64,000 nt of DNA from an uncultured bacterium (lineage in GTDB: Bacteria > Babelota > Babeliae > Babelales > Vermiphilaceae), in assembly GCA_963702025.1 (NCBI GenBank), contig OY969699.1, positions 448,001 to 512,000 on the forward strand. The letters are read 5' to 3'. This document shows positions 38,712 to 48,300 of the stretch, in pieces (position 1 is the stretch's first letter; each line of letters begins with the position of its first letter). A program made the position numbers and the translations under genes. The notes under the pieces were generated by a model. It was not told where the DNA came from and made no database searches. It worked only from the letters and a program-made list of their open reading frames with translations.

Positions 38712-39389
38712 ATGTCATCAAGATCTACTGAACTACGCGTAAAAGAGCTTTTACGAGAAAAAGGGTGGACAACCAAAACGCTTGCTGAAAAAACAGGCAT
38801 GTCGGAAAGTTATCTAACCCATATTAAAAATGGTACTCGTCGTTGGAACGAAGATTCGTTAAGGAAACTTGCCAATGCATTTGAAATCAGTCCAATCGAT
38901 CTGTTTGCGCAACGTCGCAAAAGAACCGATAACATTGATAGCAATGTGAGTATGCCAGAAAAATCGGATGTCGAACTTAAGGTGCAAGTGGTGCCAGTAG
39001 TTGGCGACATTCCGTCAAACCCATCACCTTATAATAACCAATTAATGCAAATTACCACCGGTTATAAAGATATTTTTATCCCGGTTCTCAATACCACCGA
39101 TAATTCAATGTTCTCATTGTGCATTGATCACAACTTGATGGCCCCAACCTTTGTGAAGGGCGATTGTTTGATCATATCCCCAGAAACATGGGCACGCTCA
39201 GGTGATATTGCTGCTGTTGAATATGGCAACGATACCCCAATTCGTGGCATTGTTCAGGTTACCTACACTGATGATTTTATCGTTATTGAATCGGTAAACC
39301 ATAAATCTCCGCCAATAGCATTGGTTCGTGGCAAGGATCATTTTAGAATCATTGGTCGCGTTATTGAGCGCCATCAAAGACTCGCCTAA
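38712..39389 (+). CDS. XRE-family HTH regulator with S24 (LexA/CI-like) C-terminal domain
   Basis: HTH LLREKGWTTKTLAEKTGMSESYLTHI; VPVVG..MAPTFVKGD..GDIA..RIIGRVI. Confidence 0.85.
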   Translation: MSSRSTELRVKELLREKGWTTKTLAEKTGMSESYLTHIKNGTRRWNEDSLRKLANAFEISPIDLFAQRRKRTDNIDSNVSMPEKSDVELKVQVVPVVGDIPSNPSPYNNQLMQITTGYKDIFIPVLNTTDNSMFSLCIDHNLMAPTFVKGDCLIISPETWARSGDIAAVEYGNDTPIRGIVQVTYTDDFIVIESVNHKSPPIALVRGKDHFRIIGRVIERHQRLA

Positions 39390-39392
39390 TCA

Positions 39393-39435
39393 CCATTCAT
39401 GGTGAGTGATTGCGATAGCAATCTTATCGAACCAT
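39393..39435. repeat. REP-like element
   Basis: CCATTCATGGTGAGTGATTGCGATAGCAATCTTATCGAACCAT, matching the copies at 49935 and 59779. Confidence 0.8.
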
Positions 39436-39443
39436 AAAAATTA

Positions 39444-39488
39444 AAGTACCAGAAAGCTGGATTTTTCCAGTATTTCTGGTACTTTTTT
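39444..39488 (+). terminator. Rho-independent terminator
   Basis: AAGTACCAGAAA..TTTCTGGTACTT hairpin followed by a T-run. Confidence 0.65.
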
Positions 39489-39566
39489 TATATTAACTAA
39501 ATAAAACAGCATGGTGTTGTTTTATAGTGTAAAAACACTTCCATTTAGTTCCTAAAGGGCTTATGT

Positions 39567-39995
39567 ATGTCAAAACGTTACGAAGCATTAATGCTTACAG
39601 TTCCTGAAATTACTGCCGACGAAACCAAATCGATCGAGCAGCAATTTGATCGCGTTGTCGCTGATCATAAAGGTTCTATTATCTCATTTGAACGCTGGGG
39701 CAAATATCGCTTGGCGTATCCGGTTAAAAACAATGATTATGGTGTCTATTTCCTGGCACGCTTTGAAAGCGCTGCGCCACAAACCATCATTGAAGATGTA
39801 AAAAATCTACTCAACGTTAAGCTTCATGAAGTAATTATGCGTTCCATAATTGCCAAGATTGAAGATGGTCAATCGCTTGTTTATCAGCGCCCTCAATCTC
39901 TTGAAGAAGCGCCGGCGCGAGAAGTTGGCTCTTTCTTGAAAGAAAGCAAAGCTGACATGATGCATGATTCTGATGATATGGCCAACCAAGACTAA
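39567..39995 (+). CDS. rpsF: 30S ribosomal protein S6
   Basis: RYEALM..WGKYRLAYPV..GVY. Confidence 0.95.
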   Translation: MSKRYEALMLTVPEITADETKSIEQQFDRVVADHKGSIISFERWGKYRLAYPVKNNDYGVYFLARFESAAPQTIIEDVKNLLNVKLHEVIMRSIIAKIEDGQSLVYQRPQSLEEAPAREVGSFLKESKADMMHDSDDMANQD

Positions 39996-40004
39996 GGATA
40001 CCCC

Positions 40005-40292
40005 ATGACAAAGAAAATCAAACTTAAAATAAATGCCCGTTTACTCAAAAAAAGATTCCGCAAACAGGGCTTTGGCGGCAAAAAACATTGCAGATTTTGT
40101 AATACCAATGAACAATCTGTTTTGCTCGATTACAAAAATAGTACATTTTTAAAGAGTTTTTTAACCGAGCGTGGTAAAATTTTACCGGCACGAATTTCGG
40201 GTAATTGCAGCCTGCATCAGCGTGCGCTTGCTCGTGATATTAGAAAGTCTCGCGTAATGGCATTGTTGCCGTATTCAGCGGGTCATTTCTAG
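40005..40292 (+). CDS. rpsR: 30S ribosomal protein S18
   Basis: CRFC..LDYKN..FLTERGKILPARISGNC..HQR..MALLPY. Confidence 0.96.
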   Translation: MTKKIKLKINARLLKKRFRKQGFGGKKHCRFCNTNEQSVLLDYKNSTFLKSFLTERGKILPARISGNCSLHQRALARDIRKSRVMALLPYSAGHF

Positions 40293-40329
40293 TCCTTCGC
40301 ATTTCATCCGAAAATTATTATAAATAAAG

Positions 40330-40353
40330 GCGGCAGGGTTCAAATCCTGCCGC
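40330..40353 (+). terminator. Hairpin after rpsR
   Basis: GCGGCAGG-GTTCAAAT-CCTGCCGC. Confidence 0.55.
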
Positions 40354-40427
40354 TCTTATCTTGACAAATAGAATTTTTGTGTTAATTTTAGATTATGAAA
40401 ATAAAATATATTAATTTAATTAATCCG

Positions 40428-40465
40428 CGTCATCCTGAGGAATGCCGAAGGCATGTCACGAAGGG
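40428..40465. repeat. REP-like element in the typA leader
   Basis: CGTCATCCTGAGGAATGCCGAAGGCATGTCACGAAGGG. Confidence 0.6.
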
Positions 40466-40474
40466 GGAAAAGCC

Positions 40475-42271
40475 ATGAATACAGATCGTTCACATATTCG
40501 TAATATCGCTATTATAGCGCACGTTGACCACGGTAAAACTACCTTGGTTGACCAATTACTCAAGCAATCAGGAACCATCAAAGCTGAATCAGCTGAACGG
40601 GTGATGGATTCAAATGATCTTGAGCGTGAGCGTGGTATTACGATTTTGGCCAAAAATACCGGTGTTGCCTATAATGGGTATTCAATTAATATCGTTGATA
40701 CCCCGGGACACAGTGATTTTGGTGGTGAAGTTGAACGAACTCTGCAAATGGTTGAAGGCTTTTTATTATTGGTGGATGCAGCAGAAGGGGTATTGCCCGG
40801 TACGCGATTTGTGTTGCAAAAAGCGCTCGCATTAAATTTAAAGCCAATTGTTTTGATTAATAAAATTGATCGTAAAGATGCTGACATTGAAAGAACGGAG
40901 AGCGCAATCCAAGATCTCTTTTTAGATTTGGCGCTCAATGAAAATCAGCTTGAATTTCCCCATTTATATGGTTCGGGAAGAAGCGGTTATGTATCAACCG
41001 ATTCATCATCACGATCAGGCGACATGACGCCACTTTTTGAAGCGATTATTAAACATGTGCCGGCACCTGTGGCAAAAGCGGATCATTTACAATTTTTAGT
41101 TACCAATTTGGATCACTCTGATTTCTTAGGGCCCATTGCAATCGGCCGTATTTTTAGTGGCTCCATGAAAGTTGGTCAACAGGTTATTTGTTGCAAAGAT
41201 GATAAAGTAAGTTCGCCGATAAAAATTACCAAAATTTATACCTTTGTTGGACTCAATCGTGTTGAAACCGAAACAGTTAGTGTTGGTGACATTGTTGCCA
41301 TTACCGGATTTAATGAACCGGTTTCAATCGGAACCACTATTTGTGATGTTGGTCATCCGTTGCCTCATCCCTATGTGAAGGTTGATGAGCCAACCGTATC
41401 CATTTATTTCTCAGTGAACGATTCTCCCTTTAGCGGTAGAGATGGCACCTTCTTAACATCGCGCCATTTAAAGGATCGTTTGGAAAAAGAGCTCCGCACC
41501 AACGTTGCATTGCGTGTTGAGCCGACGGCCAGCCCCGAATCATTTAAGGTTTCTGGGCGTGGACAATTGCACTTGGGTGTTCTTGTTGAAAATATGCGCC
41601 GCGAAGGATTTGAATTACAACTTTCTGCGCCGGAAGTTATTTACAAAACAATTAATGGCGTAAAAAATGAACCGATTGAATACGTGCTGCTTGATATTCC
41701 ACAAGAATCGCAAGGCGTAGTCATGGAAAATATGGGACGTCGTAAAGCGCAAATGATCGGCATGCATATGTATGATGACGGGCGCATGCGTTTAGAATAC
41801 CATGTTCCGTCCCGTGCATTGCTCGGATTTAGAAGCCAATTCTTAACCGATACACGTGGTAACGGTATTGTAAACTTTAGTTTTCATGGCTATGAACCGT
41901 ATAAAGGTGATATTCAAACACGTAACAAAGGCGCTATCGTTTCTATGGAAGCAGGCAAAGCAACCGGTTTTGCGCTTGATAACCTGCAAGATCGCGGCAC
42001 GCTCTTTATTCGTCCAACCGATGAAGTGTATGAAGGCATGATCATTGGTGAATCGAGCCGTGATGATGATATGGATGTTAATCCGTGCAAAGAGAAGAAA
42101 TTAACCAATATGCGCGCATCAGGTTCTGATGAGGCTATTAAATTGGCCCCGGCAAAAACCATGGATCTTGAAATGTGCATGGAATGGATTCGCCCTGATG
42201 AGCTTATTGAAGTTACGCCGGAACACATTCGTTTGCGCAAGAAAACTTTGCGCGCCGCATTGCGAAAATAA
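40475..42271 (+). CDS. typA: Translational GTPase TypA/BipA
   Basis: IAHVDHGKTT, ERGITILAKN, DTPGHSDFGGEVER, KKLTNMRASGSD. Confidence 0.98.
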   Translation: MNTDRSHIRNIAIIAHVDHGKTTLVDQLLKQSGTIKAESAERVMDSNDLERERGITILAKNTGVAYNGYSINIVDTPGHSDFGGEVERTLQMVEGFLLLVDAAEGVLPGTRFVLQKALALNLKPIVLINKIDRKDADIERTESAIQDLFLDLALNENQLEFPHLYGSGRSGYVSTDSSSRSGDMTPLFEAIIKHVPAPVAKADHLQFLVTNLDHSDFLGPIAIGRIFSGSMKVGQQVICCKDDKVSSPIKITKIYTFVGLNRVETETVSVGDIVAITGFNEPVSIGTTICDVGHPLPHPYVKVDEPTVSIYFSVNDSPFSGRDGTFLTSRHLKDRLEKELRTNVALRVEPTASPESFKVSGRGQLHLGVLVENMRREGFELQLSAPEVIYKTINGVKNEPIEYVLLDIPQESQGVVMENMGRRKAQMIGMHMYDDGRMRLEYHVPSRALLGFRSQFLTDTRGNGIVNFSFHGYEPYKGDIQTRNKGAIVSMEAGKATGFALDNLQDRGTLFIRPTDEVYEGMIIGESSRDDDMDVNPCKEKKLTNMRASGSDEAIKLAPAKTMDLEMCMEWIRPDELIEVTPEHIRLRKKTLRAALRK

Positions 42272-42355
42272 TTAAAAAGATTAAATTAGTGCGTTCTCCA
42301 GAGATATTTTGGATTTTGTTAACACAGATGGTGTGAATTAATTCAATATCTAAAT

Positions 42356-42809
42356 CCGTTCGCCTCGATGGAGGCTCCGAAGGAGCCGAATGGAGAGGTA
42401 CAAAAAAGCTATGTTGCAATTTTATGTTTATATTCTTAAGTGTAGTGATGGCTCGTATTATACTGGTCATACCGATGATTTAGAAAAACGAATTGCAGAG
42501 CATAATGCAGGAACTTATATGTGTTATACCGTAACGAGGTTGCCAGTTTTTCTTGTATTTGTACAAGAATTTGCCTCAAGAGCTGAGGCATTAGAAGCGG
42601 AAAGAAAAATAAAAAAATGGGGAAAGAGAAAAAAAGATGCTTTGGTATATAAAGGGTGGGATGGAATCATTGCATTACGCAAAAGAAAATGAACCTCTCC
42701 ATTCGCTCTTTTCTCTCGCTGCGCTCGCTCAAGAGCTCCATCGAGGCGAACGGGGGAATGGCATATTCGTTTACGCAAGAAAATTTTGCGCGCTGCATTG
42801 CGAAAATAA
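42356..42809 (+). mobile_element. GIY-YIG cassette: inverted REP-like arms (42356-42398, 42694-42753) plus a second copy of the typA 3' end (42762-42809)
   Basis: 18-bp and 12-bp perfect inverted matches between the arms; 44/48-nt direct repeat of 42224-42271. Confidence 0.7.
42411..42692 (+). CDS. Small GIY-YIG nuclease (UPF0213/YhbQ-like)
   Basis: FYVYILKCSDGSYYTGHTDDLEKRIAEHN..ALEAERKIKKW. Confidence 0.92.
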   Translation: MLQFYVYILKCSDGSYYTGHTDDLEKRIAEHNAGTYMCYTVTRLPVFLVFVQEFASRAEALEAERKIKKWGKRKKDALVYKGWDGIIALRKRK

Positions 42810-42854
42810 AAATATAAGAGTTTAATAAAAATAATATGAGAAGGAACTTTTCTT

Positions 42855-43307
42855 ATGAAGTTACGATATATTATTAGTATAACTTTTTTAACACTAGCAG
42901 CCTCGAGTTTTTTAGTTATTAACAATTGTAATAGCACGACACAATCTGATTCTTATGCGCAAGCTCATTGCGTTTTTTGCAAGATTGTTGCCGGGCAAGA
43001 GCCGGCAAAAGTTATTGCGGAAAATGAGGATGTTTTGGTATTTCAATCTATTGCGCCCCGTTATCCTTCTCATTGGCTCATAATTCCTAAAAAGCATATT
43101 AAAGATCTTAAGTCTGCTCAACCGGATGATACTTTGGTGCTGGGGAAATTATTAAAAGCTGCCGGTGATTTGGGTAAGCAATTACAAGAACCAAAGGCAT
43201 TTAATATTCAAATTAACGAGGGTGCGCAAGCCGGCCAGACGGTATTTCATCTGCATCTTCATTTTCATTCACAAAGCAAATTAGCAACAAATAATCCAAA
43301 AATTTGA
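42855..43307 (+). CDS. HIT-family nucleotide hydrolase with N-terminal signal/anchor
   Basis: CVFCKIV..HWLIIPKKH..GQTVFHLHLH. Confidence 0.92.
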   Translation: MKLRYIISITFLTLAASSFLVINNCNSTTQSDSYAQAHCVFCKIVAGQEPAKVIAENEDVLVFQSIAPRYPSHWLIIPKKHIKDLKSAQPDDTLVLGKLLKAAGDLGKQLQEPKAFNIQINEGAQAGQTVFHLHLHFHSQSKLATNNPKI

Positions 43308-43317
43308 AAGGTTTGGC

Positions 43318-43572
43318 ATGAATATGCGTAATTATGCACTCGCATTTAGTCTTTTGCTATTTCTTACGCCACAATCTGCTCTTAAAGCAGATCATCTTGA
43401 TCACTATTCCCATGCGCAATTAAAAGAAATTATTGAATTGCAGCGTTATGAAATCAAACAACTTAAAGACCAACTATTCTGGAACAAATATAAACATCGT
43501 ACGCAAGGAATTGGTTTTGGCGCATGCGCAGTAATTGGCGGCTATTATTTGAATAAGTTTTTCTTTAAATAA
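43318..43572 (+). CDS. Small exported coiled-coil protein with C-terminal TM
   Basis: Signal peptide; YSHAQLKEII coiled coil. Confidence 0.6.
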   Translation: MNMRNYALAFSLLLFLTPQSALKADHLDHYSHAQLKEIIELQRYEIKQLKDQLFWNKYKHRTQGIGFGACAVIGGYYLNKFFFK

Positions 43573-43594
43573 ATATTAATAAAGGGAGAAGATA

Positions 43595-43825
43595 ATGAAG
43601 CGTGTGATCATTGTGATGATTGGTTTTTTGTGTGCGCCGGTAGCATCTGCCTATCACAATTTTTCTAAAGAAGAACTTGTTGAGATGGTGGGCATTCTTT
43701 TGCAACAAAATACCAAACTAAAAAATGAACTAAAAAAAGCCAAGGTTGAATTAAACGAAGAACATGCAATTAATCGGTTGGAAAAAGAATTGCAAAAATT
43801 TAATAGAGATATTGATCTGAAATAA
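43595..43825 (+). CDS. Small exported coiled-coil protein
   Basis: Signal peptide ASA|YHN; GGAG RBS. Confidence 0.6.
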   Translation: MKRVIIVMIGFLCAPVASAYHNFSKEELVEMVGILLQQNTKLKNELKKAKVELNEEHAINRLEKELQKFNRDIDLK

Positions 43826-43828
43826 AAC

Positions 43829-44587
43829 GTGAAGAAATATAAAATTATAATCTCCTACGATGGCACCGATTATTTTGGGTGGCAGGTGCAAGCCGATAAA
43901 GTAACTATTGCCGGCACCTTGCAAGACAGCTTTAAATCTGTTTTTGGCAAGAATATTATCATTGCCGGTGCTTCGCGTACCGATGCAGGTGTGCATGCGC
44001 TCGGACAAACTGCCACCTTTAGTGTTGATTTAACCATTACTGCCCAGCAACTTCTTTTTGCCTGGCAAAATGTGCTCCCTGAATCCATCCTCATTGGCGA
44101 CATACAAGAAATACCGCTTGATTGGAACCCGCGCCACAATGTGCGCCAAAAAACATATAAATACCATTTTTTTACTAATCGCCCGTTGCCTTTTATTGCG
44201 CGCTATGGCTGGCATTATCGGCATCCGATTGACCAAGAGAAATTAAAAGCATGCTTTGCCGTTTTTATTGGCACCCATGATTTTAGATCTTTTTGTACCG
44301 GCGATGAATACGAAAATACGGTGCGCACGATCGATGAAATTTTTCTAGAATATGATGCAGCATGGCAGACATATGTGATCGTGGTAAAAGGGCCGGGGTT
44401 TTTGCGCTATATGATTCGTAGAATTGTTGGCGCTTGCTTAGAGGCTGCATCTCGTGATACAGTAACCATCGATGATTTACAAAAAGCGCTCGACCAAAAG
44501 AATCCGTTGCAATTATTGCCAACGGCACCGGCACAAGGATTAGTGTTGTATCAGATTGACTATTTTAAAGAAGAAAATGCATCATGA
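43829..44587 (+). CDS. truA: tRNA pseudouridine(38-40) synthase
   Basis: YDGTDYFGWQ, SRTDAGVHA, GTHDFRSF, FLRYMIRRIVG, TAPAQGL. Confidence 0.97.
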   Translation: MKKYKIIISYDGTDYFGWQVQADKVTIAGTLQDSFKSVFGKNIIIAGASRTDAGVHALGQTATFSVDLTITAQQLLFAWQNVLPESILIGDIQEIPLDWNPRHNVRQKTYKYHFFTNRPLPFIARYGWHYRHPIDQEKLKACFAVFIGTHDFRSFCTGDEYENTVRTIDEIFLEYDAAWQTYVIVVKGPGFLRYMIRRIVGACLEAASRDTVTIDDLQKALDQKNPLQLLPTAPAQGLVLYQIDYFKEENAS

Positions 44588-45141
44588 GAAAAAAAATTAT
44601 TAAAGCCGCGGCGGTTATTATTGGATTATCAACAGCAGCAGCTGTTATCTATTATCATTTGCCACAACCGGCAAATCAGTTTACCAATGACAAAGTATTG
44701 GTTTTTGATGACAAACGGGACACGCAGGCAATTTTGAACATTTTTAAAGATGATTGGTATTGGCTGGTTTCCAGTGATGATTATTCACCGGAATTTATGC
44801 TCAAAAACCGAGCCCCCAATAAAGATCCGCGCTATTTTGGTAAACTCAATATTCGCGTTTTATACGATCAAGATAATTTTGTTGGCTTTATTTGCTATTA
44901 CATGAAAAACTTTTTTATAGGCCAAATTTTATTTATTGACGTCAAAAAAGAGTTTCGGGGCAAAGGATTTGCTCAGCATTTGATGAAATATGCGATTGCC
45001 GACCTTAAAAAGCAAGGTGCTACGATGATCACTTTGGTCACCCGCACCAGTAATCTTGACGCGCAACGGGTCTATAAGAAACTTGGCTTTACAACGATGC
45101 TCGAAGAAGATGGATTCGTTTACTTTGAATTGCGGCCGTGA
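44584..45141 (+). CDS. Membrane-anchored GNAT acetyltransferase
   Basis: VKKEFRGKGFA..NLDAQRVYKKLGF; N-terminal TM. Confidence 0.88.
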   Translation: MRKKIIKAAAVIIGLSTAAAVIYYHLPQPANQFTNDKVLVFDDKRDTQAILNIFKDDWYWLVSSDDYSPEFMLKNRAPNKDPRYFGKLNIRVLYDQDNFVGFICYYMKNFFIGQILFIDVKKEFRGKGFAQHLMKYAIADLKKQGATMITLVTRTSNLDAQRVYKKLGFTTMLEEDGFVYFELRP

Positions 45142-45345
45142 TTATTCTGCAGTGAGGCACGCAAGTCCCTTTATTTTTGAATGTTTAAACGCAACAACAA
45201 AGATAAGCAGTGAAAGAATTGCGTAGGTAATGCTCATTATTTAGCCAATACCAATTGATGATGCGTCAAATATGCTGGTGGTTACATATGTTCGCAATGC
45301 GCTCATAATATAGGTCATGGCAATACAGTTAGGCGATATAAATAA

Positions 45346-45372
45346 AGAAGGGAAGGCAGATGCCTTCCCTTC
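45346..45372 (-). terminator. Terminator of the fibre gene
   Basis: GAAGGGAAGGCA-GA-TGCCTTCCCTTC perfect hairpin, followed by a T-rich tract on the minus strand. Confidence 0.7.
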
Positions 45373-45393
45373 GGTTAAAAGTTAATTACTAAT

Positions 45394-48300
45394 TTATCGT
45401 GCCATTTTTTCCAATACTCTCATAACCTTAGCCATTTTTTGCTCACATTCTTGTAAGCGCATTTCTTGGCTTTGGATTTGTTTGATTAAGACTGGAATGA
45501 AGGCCGTATAATCGACTGTTACTATTTCTCCCTTGCTATCCAAGCAGATCATCTCAGGATATACAGGAGCCACTTCTTCAGCAATCAAGCCGCAACGGGT
45601 TGCTTCGGTTTGATCATTGATATATTTGAAGGTGACCGGACGGAGCTCCATGAGTTTTTCAGCTTGACATGGCATTGGTTCAATATCTTTTTTCAAGCGA
45701 CGAGAAGAGTAACATATACCAAGTTGATTCGTCGCAGGATCTATGTACACAGCCGCTTGGTGCGCAATTTGTGCATTGCCTATACCGGCGATATAGCAAG
45801 CATTTTGGACGCAAGTAGATACATCTGGAAATTGGCAAGGTCCTGTGCAGTAGGTTGATCCGATTCTTATGGTGCGTGCTTCGCCCGCTACTCCCGGATC
45901 GCCAATATAGATATTCTCAGATTCACCGGCAGTAAGATTAAAACCGGCCAGATATCCTATAAGGATGTTACTGGTACCAGTAGTTAATGAAATTCCTGCG
46001 GTAGAACCTACTACCGTATTTTGGCCTGCGGCTCCTCCAAGGCGGTTAAAATTTTGCAATGCCCCATGGCCCACGGCAACGTTATCAGGGCTAACAGTGA
46101 GGCTGTTCAGTGCAAAGTCACCAATAGCGGTATTATTAAAGCCGGTTGTGCACTTTAAGAGCGCTTGATAACCAAATGCTTGGTTGGCAGTGGCTCCATT
46201 GGCTGCGGCCAGTGCTTGATAGCCAACTGCAGTTTGAGCTGTTCCGGTGGTTTCGCTGCTCAGCGCGCTCCATCCTACTGCCACGTTGCCGGTTCCGGTA
46301 GTGAGGTCCGAAGCCGCGTAAGCACCTACTGCGGTGTTTTCGCCGGCTGTGCTGGTTGCCAGAGCAGCGTATCCTACGGCTACGCTTCCAATTCCTACTG
46401 TATTAAGAGAGAGAGCGGTAGTACCGAGTGCGGTATTGTTACTGCCGGTGGTGTTAGAAAGAAGTGCGCTTTGGCCAAATGCAATGTTATTATCACCCGT
46501 TGTATTTGCGGCAAGTGATGAGACGCCCACTGCGCTATTGTAAGTTCCGGAAGAGTTTAAGGCTAATGAACTGTATCCTACTGCGGTATTATTATCACCC
46601 GAGGTGTTGGATGCTAACGCAAAGGCTCCCACGGCAACAAGAGATGTTCCGCTGGTATTGAGTAATCCGGCTTCATAACCAAGTGCGGTGTTACCGGAGG
46701 TTGCTGAAGCGGCTGATAATGCCTGGAATCCGACTGCGGTGTTGAAGCTGCCGGTGTTTGCGCCGAGTGCGCTTAGCCCAACTGCTACATTTTCTATTCC
46801 TGTTGTGTTGGCAGCAAGCGAACCTACCCCGACCGCTACATTGTCTGTTCCTGTTGTGTTGGCAGCATTAGCGCCTGATCCTACGGCAGTATTATTAGCC
46901 CCACTTGTATTCGCCAAGAGAGCATTGTATCCAAGTGCGGAATTATTAACACCAATCGTATTCGCTGCTAATGCAGTGTACCCAACTGCTGTGTTATTTG
47001 AGCCAGTAGTATTGTTTAATAATGCTGAGGTTCCTATTGCGGTAATAGCTGTTCCGGTTGTATTAGTACCTGCTGCTTGATAGCCGAATGCAGTGTTAGA
47101 GTCAACGGTGTTTGCAGTAAGGGCTCCATATCCACCGGCGGTGTTAAAGCTTCCGCCGCTGTTATCCAGGAGTGCATACATACCGATTGCGGTGTTTTCA
47201 AAACCTGTTGTATTGCGAGCAAGGGCACTGTAGCCAACGGCAGTATTGTCTGCAGAGGTATTTGCTGCTAATGCTGCACTACCCACAGCGGTATTGGCCC
47301 CGCCGTTACTTGCAGCTAACGCAAAGTTACCAACAGCGGTATTATCATTAGCGGTACCGTTTGCTGCGCCGGCATTTACGCCAACGGCGGTGTTACGGGT
47401 ACCTAAAGTGTTTCCCGTCAAGGCTTGCAATCCGACGGCAGTGTTATTATCGGCAGTACTAGTAGCAAGAGCGAGCGCGCCGATTGCCGTGTTATTTGAA
47501 TTGGCTACGTTTGCATTAAGAGCGCTGTAACCCACTGCTGTATTATGAAGACCTGGATCGGTATTTTCAGCCGCCAAAGAGCCAACTGCTACGTTGAATG
47601 ATGCTGTGGTGCCCGCAGCGTTCAAGGCTAAATAACCTACTGCGGTGTTATCGGTGCCCGATACGTTTGATCCGCCTGCGCCGTTACCCACCCATGTATT
47701 ATCTGAACCATTTGCTACCAATCCGCTACCAAATCCAACTTGTAAGTTAGTGCCGGCTGCATCAAGAACACGGATACAGGTAATCTCATAATCACCGTTA
47801 GTATTTATACCGGTTCCACATACGGTTAAGAAACCGCCGATGCTTACACCACCTCCAACAACCAATGCTCCTGTTGCGCATCCGGTTGGACTACAAATTG
47901 CAGGAAGCGTGGAAGGAATAATTAACGGTCCGGAAAAGCTTATGCCACCGCTTGCGCTGATACTGCCACAAACATTCAAGTTGCCACCAACACCGGCGCC
48001 GCCAGCTACAACCAATGCGCCGTTTGTGCAACCGGTACTTTGTGTGGTGCTACAAACGTTTAAGTTGCTGCCAATTGACGCGCCGCCATTTACTACTAAG
48101 GCGCCATTTCCACAGCCGGTGCTTGGAGCAGTACTGCAAACATTAAGATTTCCGCCGATTGCTGCGCCGCCATTTACCACTAAGGCACCGTTTGTGCAAC
48201 TGGTACTAGGAGCAGCACTGCAAATGTATGCCGTTTGAGCGCTTAACGGACCGCCAATATTAGCAGCGCCCGTTACGCAAATGTTACAAAAATTGGCATT

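Noticed and set aside
40442..40474. N-terminal extension of TypA (and similarly 42390-42410 of the GIY-YIG gene)
   Set aside because: The upstream ATGs lie within REP-like elements; the downstream ATGs fit the family starts
45140..45320. Two tiny minus-strand ORFs (about 25 and 31 aa)
   Set aside because: No clear RBS or homology; cannot be supported
45610..48238. Many + strand ORFs inside the fibre gene
   Set aside because: Antisense shadows of a repetitive Gly/Ala/Thr/Asn-rich coding strand
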